Below are positions 27,608-39,294 of a stretch of 64,000 bases of DNA, piece after piece. Position 1 is the stretch's first letter. Each line of letters begins with the position of its first letter. Origin of the DNA: an uncultured delta proteobacterium (GTDB taxonomy: Bacteria > Desulfobacterota > Binatia > UBA9968); assembly GCA_963728565.1 (NCBI GenBank), contig CAVSLC010000002.1, forward strand, positions 1-64,000, read 5' to 3'. The notes under the pieces are model-generated. The model did not search any database. It saw only the letters and a list, made by a program, of their open reading frames with translations, and was not told where the DNA came from. The position numbers and the translations under genes were made by a program.

Positions 27608-28651
27608 ATGGCGGTATTTAAAAACATTCTTTTGTTTGTTGATTCGAACACATTGTGCGAAGAAGCCTGTGAACGCGCAATCACGCTTGCTGCGGAGGAG
27701 AACGCCCGTTTAACAATACTCAATGTGATCGAAGCAGTGCCAGAACGATTGGGTTCACCGGCTGATCAATCATCAAAGGATTTCCGAGAGATTGGCATTC
27801 TGGAGCGGTGCGAGAAACTAAAAGAGCTCGTAGTACCGAATCAGGCAAACCTGCAGTTCGAACTCAATGTGGTGTGTGGCAATCCGGTCGCCGAAGTAAT
27901 GCAGCAAGTACTCCGTGGCCGGCATGATCTTGTTATAGTAGCCGAACATAGTAGGCCTTCACTGAAACAGATCTCACTCGGCTCTGCCACGTTGAAGCTC
28001 ATCCGGAAGTGTCCGTGTCCGGTTTGGGTTATAAATCCAAGTATCGCAAAGGAAGATATCCGGATAATGGCTGCTGTGGATCCGGATCCATTCGACGCAG
28101 ACAGAGATGCGTTGAATACGAAGATTTTGGATATAGCCTCTTCACTGACCGCCAGAGAAGGCACTGAACTGCACGTTGTCAACGCCTGGAGGGCGCCCGC
28201 TGAAGGTGTTCTCCGCAGTCAAGGTGGACTCTCGGCTGAGAATCTAAGCAGCTATGTCTATAACGTTTTTAACGTTCAGGCGAGTTCTGTCAAAGAGAAA
28301 ATACAAAACTCCAGCGCAATGACGGTGCGGCATCGCATGCACCTGCTGAAAGGAACGGCGAGCAAAGTGATTCCTATGGCAGTGCGCAGGGAGAGGATCG
28401 ACGTGCTTATCGTGGGTATGTTTAGCAGACGCGGATTAGGGGGATGGCTCATCGGCAATACCGCCGAGAAAATACTCAACCAAGTCAAATGTTCCGTTTT
28501 GATGGTCAAACCAAACGGCGCGGTTGGATTGGCCGGAAAGCCTTCTCACTCCGGCGTGGATAAAATAGTAAGAATAGACGGCTCATCAACTGACAAAGAG
28601 AAGGTCCTTCCCGAAATTGATCACTGTACCCAAACGAGGAACCTACAATGA
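27608..28651 (+). CDS. Universal stress protein, UspE-like tandem domain
   Basis: FKNILLFVD, LIRKCPCPVWV, IMAAVDP, ELHVVNAW, IGNTAEKILNQVKCSVL. Confidence 0.9.
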   Translation: MAVFKNILLFVDSNTLCEEACERAITLAAEENARLTILNVIEAVPERLGSPADQSSKDFREIGILERCEKLKELVVPNQANLQFELNVVCGNPVAEVMQQVLRGRHDLVIVAEHSRPSLKQISLGSATLKLIRKCPCPVWVINPSIAKEDIRIMAAVDPDPFDADRDALNTKILDIASSLTAREGTELHVVNAWRAPAEGVLRSQGGLSAENLSSYVYNVFNVQASSVKEKIQNSSAMTVRHRMHLLKGTASKVIPMAVRRERIDVLIVGMFSRRGLGGWLIGNTAEKILNQVKCSVLMVKPNGAVGLAGKPSHSGVDKIVRIDGSSTDKEKVLPEIDHCTQTRNLQ

Positions 28652-29061
28652 GTAAAATCTATATTACCGAGTTCGATTCGCGACGATTACGCGAACTTAT
28701 AGACGTCGCCGCACAATTTGGCGACAAGAGAACTCTGCGATATCTTCAAGAACTAAGCGACGAATTGGATCAAGCTGATTTGCTGCGACCCGAAGACATT
28801 CCCAGCGATGTGATCACGATGAATTCGACATTCAGATTGCAAGACTTAGACAACGGCGAGGACGCGGTCTACAGCTTGGTTTTCCCTGCTGACGCTGATT
28901 CATCGCGTGGCAAAATCTCGGTTTTAGCTCCGATCGGAACTGCAGTGCTGGGATATCGGGTTAGGGATACAGTTGAATGGGACGTTCCAGCTGGCTTAAA
29001 AAGGCTAACTGTTAGAGAGATCGTCTATCAGCCGGAAGCGGCGGGCGATTATCATCGTTAG
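28648..29061 (+). CDS. rnk: Regulator of nucleoside diphosphate kinase (GreA/GreB family)
   Basis: IYITEFD, DVITMNS, LVFPADAD, ISVLAPIGTAVLG, YQPEAAG. Confidence 0.92.
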   Translation: MSKIYITEFDSRRLRELIDVAAQFGDKRTLRYLQELSDELDQADLLRPEDIPSDVITMNSTFRLQDLDNGEDAVYSLVFPADADSSRGKISVLAPIGTAVLGYRVRDTVEWDVPAGLKRLTVREIVYQPEAAGDYHR

Positions 29062-29130
29062 AGGGAATGTAACAACCTTCCGTGGTCACAGCGGTGACAT
29101 AGCATGAGCCGCCCCAAGCAGTGATAAGAT

Positions 29131-30597
29131 CTATTCTCGATTGCCGGTTGAGAGGATCCGATGGGTTGCGGCAACAGCGCCTTTGTTGAGAATCATCAGC
29201 AACACATCTCCCCCCTGTAGTCGGGTGGCGCCTGTGGGCACGATGTATTCATTGTTTCTGGAGATGAGCGCAACAACGCTTTGTTCGGGAAATCGCATTT
29301 CGACCATGGCTTTATCAATTACCGGCGAGTTGTAAGGCACGATAAAATCCATCAGGGTCGTTTCCATGCCTTCTCCTTCTTCCAATTCAAGCGCGTAGCG
29401 TAGCTTGGAAGCTTGGGGCGTCGCTAGACCCAAGTAACCTACTACCATCGGGATGGTTGTGCCCTGAAGCAGAACCGAGGTAAGTACGATGAAAAACACC
29501 AAATGAAAGATATGGCCCGCATCGGGAACATTGGCGAGCAGCGGAAAAGTTGCCAAAATGATCGGCACGGCGCCTCGAAGTCCTACCCAGGCGATCAGCA
29601 GTCGTTCCTTCAAGTTAAAACGACTCCGCAACAAGCACAAGAAAATTGCCAATGGCCGGGCGACCAGCATCAACAGACCCGACAGAAGAAGCCCGGAGCC
29701 AATTACAGGAACAAGCTGGGACGGGAACACCAGCAGCCCCAGAATGATAAACATCACGATCTGCATCAGCCAAGCCACCGCGTCATGGAATCTCAACAGG
29801 CTTCTCTTGTGCACGAAGCTCTTATTGCCCATCACCAAGCCGGCGACGTAAGTTCCGAGAAACCCGTTTCCCCCGAGGTAAGCGATGACACCATAAATCA
29901 ACAACACACAGGAAAGCGTCAGCACTGGGTAAAGACCTTCGGTCTCCAGGCCAATGTGGTTCAATAACCAGACCAGCGCCCAACCGAGCGCGAAGCCGAG
30001 AACCGCGCCCAGCAACATCTGGCGAAGAAACATCTGAATGAGCAGAGTGAAAGCGCTGGCCTCCTGACCCAAGAGCCCAATGAGAGCGACTGTCAGAAAC
30101 ACCGCCATCGGATCGTTGCTGCCGGATTCGAGCTCTAGGAGACTCTTCACTTGTGGAGGCAACCCGATGTTGCGGGAGCGAAGTATCGAAAACACAGCGG
30201 CCGCGTCGGTGGACGAGATGATCGAACCCAGAAGCAGTCCTTTGAGCAAAGTAAAGCCCAATAGAAACCAGGCGAGTACCCCGATGACGCCGGCGGTAAT
30301 GAGAACTCCGACAGTGGAAAGCACCAGGGCGATGAAGCTTATCGGGCGAACCTCGGACCAGCTGGTATCCAGGCCTCCCGAAAAGAGAATCAAAGCAAGC
30401 GCCGTTACGCCCAGCGCTTGGGCAAGGGATGCGTTATCGAAATAGATTCCCCCCGGCCCTTCCGAGCCGACGAGCATCCCCAAAACCAAAAACAATAACA
30501 ACGCCGGGATGCCGTAGTTTTCCGATACCTTGCTGGCAAAAACGCTCAGGAGAAAGACAATGCCTGCGGCGATAAATATCTGTTCTATGGAAATCAC
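29131..30597 (-). CDS. cvrA: Potassium/proton antiporter (CPA1, CvrA/NhaP2) with TrkA-C domain
   Basis: ILFSGGLDT, SSTDAAAVFS, LELESGSNDPMA, WVGLRGAVPI. Confidence 0.92.
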   Translation of the reverse strand: MISIEQIFIAAGIVFLLSVFASKVSENYGIPALLLFLVLGMLVGSEGPGGIYFDNASLAQALGVTALALILFSGGLDTSWSEVRPISFIALVLSTVGVLITAGVIGVLAWFLLGFTLLKGLLLGSIISSTDAAAVFSILRSRNIGLPPQVKSLLELESGSNDPMAVFLTVALIGLLGQEASAFTLLIQMFLRQMLLGAVLGFALGWALVWLLNHIGLETEGLYPVLTLSCVLLIYGVIAYLGGNGFLGTYVAGLVMGNKSFVHKRSLLRFHDAVAWLMQIVMFIILGLLVFPSQLVPVIGSGLLLSGLLMLVARPLAIFLCLLRSRFNLKERLLIAWVGLRGAVPIILATFPLLANVPDAGHIFHLVFFIVLTSVLLQGTTIPMVVGYLGLATPQASKLRYALELEEGEGMETTLMDFIVPYNSPVIDKAMVEMRFPEQSVVALISRNNEYIVPTGATRLQGGDVLLMILNKGAVAATHRILSTGNRE

Positions 30598-30842
30598 TAA
30601 AGTGTCTCGAATGTTTAGTTATTCATCGGCGGCGATGTCATGAATATCTCAATCGCGCGCACTGGCTTCCATTTATAAACAATTATCCCCTTGTGGCTAA
30701 TTGCCTCTCTGCCTCCGGCGCACACGCCGGACAATCCGGACAAATAGGCTGGTAGTCATCGGCCCTGAATGGTTGCTCGCTGGCGATTTGTGTCTCGCGC
30801 CCGGCTATCGCAAGGAGCATTCGTTTTGGCGCGATTAACTCC

Positions 30843-31991
30843 TCAAAAGCGATAGATCGCTGCGACCCCGGTTTCTACCGGCATGCGCTCGGCTGGAAAG
30901 ACTACGACTTGCCCGCCCTTTTTCAGGACCAGCTCGCCAATATCGTCGAGCAGATCGTCAACTTCCGGGTGCGCGAGGTCGCCAAATTCAACGCGCCCCG
31001 ACACTTGATCGATTCGCCCGGGTACGTGACGCTCAGCTTCAATCAATACCGTGGCAACCCGTCCAGCCGCCGCGGCTTCAGCTATGAGTGCGGCGTCGTC
31101 AGAGCCGAGTCCGTTCGACTTTGCTTTGCCGAATTCATCGACCAACGTAGCAAGCCGCGCAAGATATCGGGGCTCGATGACCCGCCAGGCGCGCTCTCGG
31201 AGCGCCTCACCCGATAGCGCATCAGGATGAATATCGACTGCTTCTGACACTAGAAATGAATTCTGGCTCACCTGGCGAAACAGGCTGTGATGTTCCGGCA
31301 ACGCCGCTAGAATAAGCGGCAGCCCAGAGAGCCGCGAATGGTGCTCCAGAACCGCTCGGTCAACAGCGCGGAAGAACCGTTCTGCGTCCAGATCTATCTC
31401 GTCCTTCTTTGCGCCATGGCCATGGCGCATGGCGGGGCCTGCGGCACCCGTGCCGTAGGAAGCCACAGTCAGGTGTGGCTCAGTCAACTCGTCCCCAAGC
31501 GCATCAGTGATTGTGCGCGGCACTCCAGGTGCCAACTCTATTTCATCGAGAGCATCGCGATTCCCCTCGAAAAGCTTTACCTCACCCCGGTTCAATCCTA
31601 ATAATTGATAGCGATCCGACGACTGAAGGATTCGAATCAGCGGCTTGATATGGAAACTATCGGCCACCACGCTCAATTCAGGAACGACCCGCTGGAGCCG
31701 GTAAATACGGAACAGTCCGGGTGCGCCCAAGACCGCCAAGCCGTCTTGCGTGTGATTCCAAAAATCCTGGTTCGCCGAAAGATCCTGAAACGGTTGCAAC
31801 AGGGGCTTAACGTCTCGCGTGGTATATTTTTGACGCAGCGACTGCTCCAGGGACTTAAGTAAATTTTTAAAGCGGATCGGGTCCTGCTGATTTTCAGGAT
31901 ACGCCCTGTGCGTCGGCTGATAGAGTGATAGACAGGGCGGTTCATGAGCGCCCAATAGCCCAGCCTGATAGTCATTGATCAATGAGTGCAT
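30843..31991 (-). CDS. baeRF3-family release-factor-like protein
   Basis: PCLSLYQPTHR, DPIRFKNL, VVADSFHIKPL, DDLLDDIGELVLKKGGQV, GVAAIYRF; SD GGAGG before ATG 31991. Confidence 0.85.
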   Translation of the reverse strand: MHSLINDYQAGLLGAHEPPCLSLYQPTHRAYPENQQDPIRFKNLLKSLEQSLRQKYTTRDVKPLLQPFQDLSANQDFWNHTQDGLAVLGAPGLFRIYRLQRVVPELSVVADSFHIKPLIRILQSSDRYQLLGLNRGEVKLFEGNRDALDEIELAPGVPRTITDALGDELTEPHLTVASYGTGAAGPAMRHGHGAKKDEIDLDAERFFRAVDRAVLEHHSRLSGLPLILAALPEHHSLFRQVSQNSFLVSEAVDIHPDALSGEALRERAWRVIEPRYLARLATLVDEFGKAKSNGLGSDDAALIAEAAAAGRVATVLIEAERHVPGRIDQVSGRVEFGDLAHPEVDDLLDDIGELVLKKGGQVVVFPAERMPVETGVAAIYRF

Positions 31992-32496
31992 TGTTCCTCC
32001 CGTTTCAGCTAAATTTGGTTGTCGGTGCACTCGCTAAGAGGTCAGAGAAGCGGCTTTTACGGCCAGGCTCTGAGAGCCTGCTGGATAATCAACCGGGGTG
32101 AGTGTCCGGCGCGCCAAGCCTTCAGAATCGGGCTCAACGATGCGCCAGGATTCCTCCGCCTTCTAAAGCCCGTGACTGCCGAATCTCTACTTACGAATTT
32201 TCTGGTTCATCATCTACGGTTCTGTCTAACGCGAAATTCCATGTTCACGCAAATTCGCACTGCTTTCCTGAAATTGAGTTCGCGGAAGGAGCAGTAGTAG
32301 CCTGTCGTTTGACCAGGGACGGCGCCACGATGGTTGATTGCGCAGAGATTCTGAACCTATACTTATTCAGGAGAGGAGACGTCACGCCCAGAGCTTGCAA
32401 TGATGTAGAACCGTGGCCGCTTCGAGTACCATCTGCCCACCGCAGCGTTTGCAATGTCCGTCTGAGGTGCTGCCTGCCTTATTCAGCGATGGTTCG

Positions 32497-33361
32497 ACTC
32501 GTCTGATTCTAATCCGGCACGGTCACATCGCAGCTAGTACCGGGGTCATGACACGCTCATGGCCGGATGGACCGACGTTCCGCTCAGCTCATGGGGGCGT
32601 CTGGTAATTGAGCGACTCAAACGATATCTCGCACGCGGGCCACGCTTCGATGCCATTTATTCAAGTCCGCTTTCGCGCGCGAGTGAGACCGCGCCCGCTC
32701 TGTCACTTGCGGTGGACCGTGAAATAGGACAGGTGCGTGAAGTACTCGAAACGCTTGCAGCCTCGCCGTACTTGGACTCGCAAGACTTTAAAGCTTTTTA
32801 TGAGCTTAGTTCACGCGCAGCCAAAGAACACAACGATTCATCGATCGTTCTCTTGGATCGTTCGGGGCAACAAATCACGAATACATTGCGACCATTCGGA
32901 GCCCCACTGCCGAGTGCAGTACAACATGCAAAAGAACCCCCCGCCGACGACATAGACCAGTTGCCTCAGGGCACACCAGAGACGGTGCAAAAAGTGATCG
33001 ACAGCGGCGAACCCGTTGTAACGGATCTCTTCATGGGAATCGTAATCAAGCGGCCGACCGTTTCAATCGCTGTTCCTGTAAAGTTTACCAGCGGTACCGA
33101 AGTGATATTGACGTCATCCTAATAGATCTTGGATTGCCCAAAGTTTCGGGTCTAGACGTGATTAGGACGATAAGAAAACTAAATGAAGATGTGAAGATCA
33201 TTGTTACGACTGGATATTTAGAACCAGAAGTGAAATCAAAACTCACCACAGCCGGAGTTAACGAATACATCCAAAAGCCTTACATCATACCCGATATTCT
33301 CGAACGTATATCGCATCATTTAAGCGTGAAGAATTCGTTTCCTGAACCAACCATTCACTAA
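32497..33361 (+). pseudogene. Three-part chimeric remnant: histidine phosphatase N-terminus, Cache-like sensor domain, receiver domain
   Basis: LILIRHG and DVPLS...IYSSPLSRASETA; ALSLAVDREI...NTLRPFG...VTDLF...IAVPV; IDVILIDLGLPKVSG...TTGY...IQKPY. Confidence 0.75.
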
Positions 33362-33754
33362 GAAATTAGGTGGCGGCGTTTTGATCCTGCTCTACGCAAA
33401 ATCTCTTTGGAGTTTCCGTGTGCCATTTTACTGAACCACGAAACTCCCGCGTTGTGTCAGTGAAGATTGCTCACTGCAGTGATGCAAGTCTCAAATGGCC
33501 AATCTTTTTGAGAAACGCGATTTTGGTTGGGGTGTTGATTCTTACGCTGCAGGGGTGGGCAGTTGGTTTCCGCGGACTCCACGACGCACGACAACTGGCA
33601 TTTTTTAATGCGCAGTGAAGCCATGGGTTGGATAAATCGCTTGTCAAAAACCGCGTAGCAACTTCTTTCCAGTTTTATCTCGCGGCTTATCTAGACTCAG
33701 TCTCATGCTTCCGTTACAGTCCAAGCAATTTCGCCATCTTGGAGGAGCAGAGTC

Positions 33755-36061
33755 ATGGAATTGGATGTGGTGGTTCTCTCAGGCTTTGTCGTTGCACTGA
33801 TTGCACCATGTCTTTATCGACTCGCACGCCAATCCACCGGCTGGCTATTGGCTCTTTTCCCTTCGATCCTGTTCGCTTATTTCCTGCAAAATCTCGAACT
33901 CGTCGCCCGAGGAGACGTGGTCCGTGTGTCGTATACTTGGGTAGGCAGCCTCGGCATGAATTTATCTTTTTATCTTGACGGGTTGAGTCTTCTCTTCGCG
34001 CTTCTCATAACCGGCATAGGTGCGCTTGTGCTGGTTTACGCCTGTGGCTACTTAAAAGACCATTCTCAACTGGGTAGATTCTACGGCTTCCTTTTGATGT
34101 TCATGGCGTCGATGCTCGGGGTAGTCCTCGCGGATAACACCCTCTGCTTATTTTTGTTTTGGGAGTTGACCAGCATCAGCTCGTTTCTCCTAATCGGTTT
34201 TGAGCACGAGAGTGAGACATCGCGCGCGTCGGCATTACAGGCCCTGCTGGTCACCAGCTTAGGCGGTCTGGCTCTACTGGGCGGCTTCCTCTTGCTTGGT
34301 GAAGCAGGCGGTAGCCGTGAGCTTTCGGTCTTAGCAGGACGGGGCGATGCGATTCGGGCGCACACTCTGTATGTGCCGATCCTTCTGCTAGTCCTCTTCG
34401 GCGCATTTACCAAGTCGGCACAATTCCCTTTTCATTTTTGGCTTCCCGCAGCGATGGAAGCGCCGACGCCCGTAAGCGCGTATTTGCACTCTGCGACCAT
34501 GGTCAAAGCCGGCGTTTACCTGCTCGCGCGAATGACTCCAGCGCTGGCGGAAACAACGCTTTGGACTGGCGCGGTGACTGCTGCCGGCGGTTTCACAATG
34601 CTGTTTGCCGCCGTTATCGCGTTTCGCCAGAGCGATCTGAAGCTCATCCTGGCTTATTCGACTATCAGCGCGCTCGGAATCATGATTCTGCTGGTCGGTC
34701 TTGGCACAGCCACAGCCATCGAAGCGATGATTGTATTCTTGTTGGGCCATGCGCTCTACAAAGGCGCATTATTCATGCTTGCCGGTGCCATTGATCATGA
34801 AACCGGCACTCGCGACGTTAACCGCCTGAGCGGTCTTCGCAGCGCCATGCCGGCAAGCGCGGCCGTAGGTCTTGTTGCCGCGTTATCAATGGCGGCTGTG
34901 CCGGCATTGTTCGGCTTTTATGGAAAAGAATTACTGTACGAAACTCTTGCCGGGCGAGAGAATGGGGCGGTGCTGCTGATTGCATCAGTGGTGACCAGCA
35001 TGATTTTTGTCGCTGTGGCGATCCTAGCGGGCATTAAACCGTTTGCCGGCCAGCAAGTCTCAACGCCCAGGCACGCTCATGAAGCGCCTAGCAGCCTTCT
35101 ACTTGGACCGCTGGTACTTGCCGGCACCAGTATTATTTTAGGGATCCTGCCGTCGATTATCGATGCGTCAGTTCTGCTGGCGGCAACACAGGCCGTCCTC
35201 AGAAAACCAGTTTCCCTGGAGCTGGCGCTCTGGCATGGTCTCAATCCAATCTTTCTCTTGAGCATGGGGACTTTGGCTTGCGGCACCGCCCTATTTGTTT
35301 TTCGAGATTGGCTGCTTCGAATCTTTACCCCCCTGGACGCGCTGCGCGACTGGGGGCCCAAGTATGGTTACAGCCTGGCGCTAGCGGGCCTGAATACCAT
35401 CGCCAAGACGCAAACGCGTTTCTTGCAAAGCGGTTATCTTCGCTACTACCTGCTGATCGTTATTCTTACAGCAACCATTCTGTCCAGCTACAAGCTGCTG
35501 CAGCACATCGGATCAGACACTCTGGGGCCCTCGATGGACGTTTCTTTCTACGAGGCGGCGCTGGCGGTGCTCATCCTGCTGGCTGCGTTCATGGCAACGC
35601 AGGCGGCATCACGGCTGGCGGCGATTGCGGCTCTCGGGGTGGTGGGCTTCAGCGTTGCCCTAGTATTTGTTGTGTTCAGCGCTCCCGATCTGGCGATGAC
35701 GCAGTTTTCGATCGAGACCTTGACGGTGATTGTCTTCGTTCTGGCGCTTTATCATCTACCGCGTTTTGCCCGCCTCTCCAGCGCCTGGACACGGGCGCGT
35801 GACGCCTCCTTTGCTTTGGTGGCCGGCGCACTCATCACAGTGATGATGCTAACCGCCAGCGGAGTACAGCTGCATCCGAAGATATCTACCTACTTTATCA
35901 ATAATAGCGTTCCTCTAGCCCATGGTCGCAACATCGTCAATGTCATTCTCGTAGACTTTCGCGGACTGGATACGCTTGGCGAGATTACCGTGTTGGCGAT
36001 CGCCGCGCTTGGGGTTTATGCGCTGCTAAAACTCCGCCTCGATAAGGACGAAAGCAAGTGA
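33755..36061 (+). CDS. mrpA: Mrp Na+/H+ antiporter subunit A
   Basis: [63 protein letters not shown]. Confidence 0.95.
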   Translation: MELDVVVLSGFVVALIAPCLYRLARQSTGWLLALFPSILFAYFLQNLELVARGDVVRVSYTWVGSLGMNLSFYLDGLSLLFALLITGIGALVLVYACGYLKDHSQLGRFYGFLLMFMASMLGVVLADNTLCLFLFWELTSISSFLLIGFEHESETSRASALQALLVTSLGGLALLGGFLLLGEAGGSRELSVLAGRGDAIRAHTLYVPILLLVLFGAFTKSAQFPFHFWLPAAMEAPTPVSAYLHSATMVKAGVYLLARMTPALAETTLWTGAVTAAGGFTMLFAAVIAFRQSDLKLILAYSTISALGIMILLVGLGTATAIEAMIVFLLGHALYKGALFMLAGAIDHETGTRDVNRLSGLRSAMPASAAVGLVAALSMAAVPALFGFYGKELLYETLAGRENGAVLLIASVVTSMIFVAVAILAGIKPFAGQQVSTPRHAHEAPSSLLLGPLVLAGTSIILGILPSIIDASVLLAATQAVLRKPVSLELALWHGLNPIFLLSMGTLACGTALFVFRDWLLRIFTPLDALRDWGPKYGYSLALAGLNTIAKTQTRFLQSGYLRYYLLIVILTATILSSYKLLQHIGSDTLGPSMDVSFYEAALAVLILLAAFMATQAASRLAAIAALGVVGFSVALVFVVFSAPDLAMTQFSIETLTVIVFVLALYHLPRFARLSSAWTRARDASFALVAGALITVMMLTASGVQLHPKISTYFINNSVPLAHGRNIVNVILVDFRGLDTLGEITVLAIAALGVYALLKLRLDKDESK

Positions 36062-36471
36062 CGTCACTTATATTATCGACCGCGAGTCGTCTCCTGTTGC
36101 CGCTTTTTTTGACGTTTTCAATATTCATCCTTCTGCGCGGCCATAATGAGCCGGGAGGCGGATTTGTTGGCGGTCTGATCGCGGCAGCCGCCTTCGCGTT
36201 GCACGCCATAGCCTATGATGTCGAGAAAACCCGAACCCTGTTGGCTATCAATCCCCGCGGTCTCATCGTACTGGGTCTCTTCTTGGCGATGAGCAGCGGC
36301 ATGATTTCACTTTTCATCGGAGAACCTTTCCTTACCGGTCAGTGGGTGAAAATAAGCTTTGGGTCCATCGGTGAACTGGATCTCGGCACGCCGTTGTTCT
36401 TCGATATCGGTGTCTATCTCACGGTGATCGGCGTCACCCTGACTATCATTCTATCGCTAGCGGAGGAGTAG
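36058..36471 (+). CDS. mrpB: Mrp subunit B
   Basis: [24 protein letters not shown]. Confidence 0.93.
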   Translation: MTSLILSTASRLLLPLFLTFSIFILLRGHNEPGGGFVGGLIAAAAFALHAIAYDVEKTRTLLAINPRGLIVLGLFLAMSSGMISLFIGEPFLTGQWVKISFGSIGELDLGTPLFFDIGVYLTVIGVTLTIILSLAEE

Positions 36472-36474
36472 GTT

Positions 36475-36810
36475 CTGGAGTTTTTACTGGCATTCGTGGT
36501 TGGCGGCTTATATGCCGCGGGTCTTTACATGATGCTGCGCAGAAGCATCGTAAAGCTCATCATTGGCCTGGCTCTATTCGGTCACGCGGCTAATCTCTTG
36601 ATCTTCACGGTGGCCGGATTGACTCGAGCGCAACCGCCGATCCTTTCGAATCCCGCTGCACCCGTTGCCGATCCGCTGCCGCAGGCGCTGATCCTCACTG
36701 CGATCGTCATAGGCTTCGGCGTGCAGGCCTTCGCCCTGGTATTGATTCACCGCGTCGTCCAAACCGTCGGCGCGGACGATCTCGATCGGATGAAAACGAC
36801 CGACACATGA
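36475..36810 (+). CDS. mrpC: Mrp subunit C (likely start is CTG at 36475, or GTG at 36496)
   Basis: [27 protein letters not shown]. Confidence 0.92.
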   Translation: MEFLLAFVVGGLYAAGLYMMLRRSIVKLIIGLALFGHAANLLIFTVAGLTRAQPPILSNPAAPVADPLPQALILTAIVIGFGVQAFALVLIHRVVQTVGADDLDRMKTTDT

Positions 36811-38318
36811 ATCTCCCTGTGATAATGCCGCTGCTGATTCCGCTCTCGACGGCGATCCTGTCCCTGCTGCCGTGGAAATCACCGAAAATCGGCCGCTTGT
36901 TGAGCATTGCCGGCGCGCTGTTGCTGCTCACGGACGCGGTCTGGCTGCTCGCGACCGTGTGGCGGGACGGCATTCAAGTCTCGGCTATAGGGAATTGGCC
37001 GGCGCCGGTCGGCATCGTCTTCGTCGCCGATCTCTTTAGCGCGATGATGATATTGATCACCGGTATCATGGGTTTTGCCGTGATCCTCTACTCTCTTGTC
37101 ACAATCGGGCCCGGGCGAGAATCCTTCGGTTATTATCCTTTGCTCCAGTTTTTGCTGCTGGGGGTCTGCGGCGCTTTTCTCACCGGAGATCTTTTCAATC
37201 TCTACGTCTGGTTTGAAGTCATGCTGATGGCATCCTTTGTCTTGCTCGCGCTTGGCGGTGAGCGGCCGCAGATGGAAGGCGCCATTAAATACGTAACTCT
37301 CAATCTGATTGCATCGGCAATCTTTCTTGCTGCGGTGGGTCTTTTGTACGGCGCCGTAGGAACATTGAACATGGCCGATCTGGCGCAAAAGCTCAGAGAA
37401 CCCGCAGCAGCAGACTTCATCACCACCATCGCCATGCTGTTCCTGGTGGCGTTCGGCATAAAGGCCGGCATTTTCCCACTGTTTTTTTGGCTGCCGGCGT
37501 CGTACCACACGCCGCCAGTGGCTGTCTCGGCGATTTTCGCCGCGCTGCTGACCAAGGTCGGCGTCTATGCGATGATTCGCGTCTTCACGTTGATCTTCGT
37601 CCATGACATTAACTACACGCATACGGTAATTCTCATTCTTGCCGGCTTGACCATGGTCACCGGAGTGTTAGGAGCGATAGCTCAGAACGAGGTTCGCCGT
37701 CTGCTTTCCTTTCACATCATCAGCCAGATCGGCTATATGATCATGGGGTTGGGGCTGTTTACGCCACTGGCGATTGCCGGCGCCATTTACTACATCATCC
37801 ACAATATTCTGGCTAAAACTAACTTGTTTCTCATCAGCGGCGTCGCCCATTTTTTACATGGCACGTATGAGTTGAAAAAACTCGGCGGGCTTTACCAAAG
37901 GACTCCGTTGCTGGCCGCGTTGTTTCTTATCTCGGCATTGTCCCTGGCAGGGGTGCCGCCTCTTTCCGGCTTCTTCGGCAAATTAACTCTGGCGCAAGCC
38001 GGCATCGAGAGCGAACAATACGCGATCGTCGCCGTTGCCTTAGCAGTAGGGTTGTTAACTTTGTTTTCGATGACAAAGATCTGGCTCGAAGCATTTTGGA
38101 AAGCGCCGCCGCCGTCCTGGTCAGAGGCCGCCGCAGCCAAAGCGTTCAGATCACCGACGACTTACTACCTGCTGCTGCTTCCGGTGGTTTTGCTGGCGCT
38201 GATGACTGTGCTTCTTGGATTGGGAGCGGAAGCCATGCTGGTCCTATCGCTACGGGCCGCCGAGCAGTTGATGGATCCAGGCCAGTATATTCAAGCCGTG
38301 CTAGGTAAAAGAACATAA
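36807..38318 (+). CDS. mrpD: Mrp subunit D
   Basis: [45 protein letters not shown]. Confidence 0.95.
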   Translation: MNLPVIMPLLIPLSTAILSLLPWKSPKIGRLLSIAGALLLLTDAVWLLATVWRDGIQVSAIGNWPAPVGIVFVADLFSAMMILITGIMGFAVILYSLVTIGPGRESFGYYPLLQFLLLGVCGAFLTGDLFNLYVWFEVMLMASFVLLALGGERPQMEGAIKYVTLNLIASAIFLAAVGLLYGAVGTLNMADLAQKLREPAAADFITTIAMLFLVAFGIKAGIFPLFFWLPASYHTPPVAVSAIFAALLTKVGVYAMIRVFTLIFVHDINYTHTVILILAGLTMVTGVLGAIAQNEVRRLLSFHIISQIGYMIMGLGLFTPLAIAGAIYYIIHNILAKTNLFLISGVAHFLHGTYELKKLGGLYQRTPLLAALFLISALSLAGVPPLSGFFGKLTLAQAGIESEQYAIVAVALAVGLLTLFSMTKIWLEAFWKAPPPSWSEAAAAKAFRSPTTYYLLLLPVVLLALMTVLLGLGAEAMLVLSLRAAEQLMDPGQYIQAVLGKRT

Positions 38319-38320
38319 GC

Positions 38321-38509
38321 ATGTTCGTCTGTATCTTGATTTCGCTGGCGCGGCTGTGTTCACCGAGGAAGGGCAGGCACGCTGAGACTGACGACGTTCA
38401 GCGATCGGGGAACACGTATGCTCATTCGCTTTTTCGTCAGCGGCATCGCCTAGACCCGCCGCCGCTTCTACAAGGGCTGGATCGGCCGTACTGGAGGTTT
38501 TTGCGATGA
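38321..38509 (+). pseudogene. Degenerate mrpE remnant at the canonical position between mrpD and mrpF
   Basis: Begins ATGTTCGTCTG like the intact mrpE; ends CAAGGGCTGGATCGG...TGCGATGA like mrpE CAAGGGTTGGAACGG...TGCGATAG; retains ATGA overlap with mrpF. Confidence 0.65.
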
Positions 38510-38784
38510 TTGTTTCTCCCTTCGAGTCCTGGGCCGGCAGCATCGCGCTTGTGTTATTGAGCAGCGCGCTTTTTCTCGGGTTCTATCGGCTGGCGCGGGG
38601 ACCTAGCCTTCCCGACCGGGTCGTCGCGCTCGACCTGATCGCGACGATCTCGGTCGGCTTTATCGGGGTGTACAGCATCATGACCAAGCAACCGGTGTTT
38701 ATGGATGTCGCTATCGTGCTGGCGTTGATCGCTTTTCTCGGCACTGTGGCCTTTGCCCGCTACTTGGAGAAAGGAGTCTCGTGA
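38506..38784 (+). CDS. mrpF: Mrp subunit F
   Basis: RLARGPSLPDRVVALD, AFLGTVAFARY. Confidence 0.93.
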   Translation: MIVSPFESWAGSIALVLLSSALFLGFYRLARGPSLPDRVVALDLIATISVGFIGVYSIMTKQPVFMDVAIVLALIAFLGTVAFARYLEKGVS

Positions 38785-39200
38785 TGAAAGAAACCATCAC
38801 TTCGTCATTGATGTTGACCGGCGCCATATTCGCGTTTCTCTCCGCCCTGGGTATTCTGCGCTTTCCGGATTTGTTCTCGCGCATGCAAGCGGCCACTAAA
38901 GGTTCGGCGTTCGGCGTGACCTGCCTCCTGCTGGCCGTTGCGGTTCACTTTGCCGAACTGGGCATCGCCACGCGCGCGATCGTGACGATCTTTTTTGTCC
39001 TCCTCACCGCGCCGGTGGCGGCGCATATGATCGGCCGCGCGGCCTACTTTGTCGGTGTTCCGCTCTGGTCGGGCACGATCACCGACGAGCTGAAAGGCCG
39101 CTACGACATGCGCACACATGCTCTAAGCAGTAGTGATCGGCCGCCTAGCGCCAACGCATCCGTTGACCAGCAGGAATCCGGGCCGAAACAGACCGATTAG
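38784..39200 (+). CDS. mrpG: Mrp subunit G
   Basis: GILRFPDLFSRMQAATK, LTAPVAAHMIGRAA. Confidence 0.93.
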   Translation: MKETITSSLMLTGAIFAFLSALGILRFPDLFSRMQAATKGSAFGVTCLLLAVAVHFAELGIATRAIVTIFFVLLTAPVAAHMIGRAAYFVGVPLWSGTITDELKGRYDMRTHALSSSDRPPSANASVDQQESGPKQTD

Positions 39201-39294
39201 ATAAACGTTTGGTCATGCGTACCTGATTAAAAAATAATCAGCTGATGCCGCATGCTTGTGAATACGGGACCACCGATACGAAGGACAACTCACC

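Noticed and set aside
33596-33611. sigma54-like box TGGCATTTTTTAATGC upstream of mrpA
   Set aside because: GG-GC spacing is one base too long; only valid if the T run is mis-called
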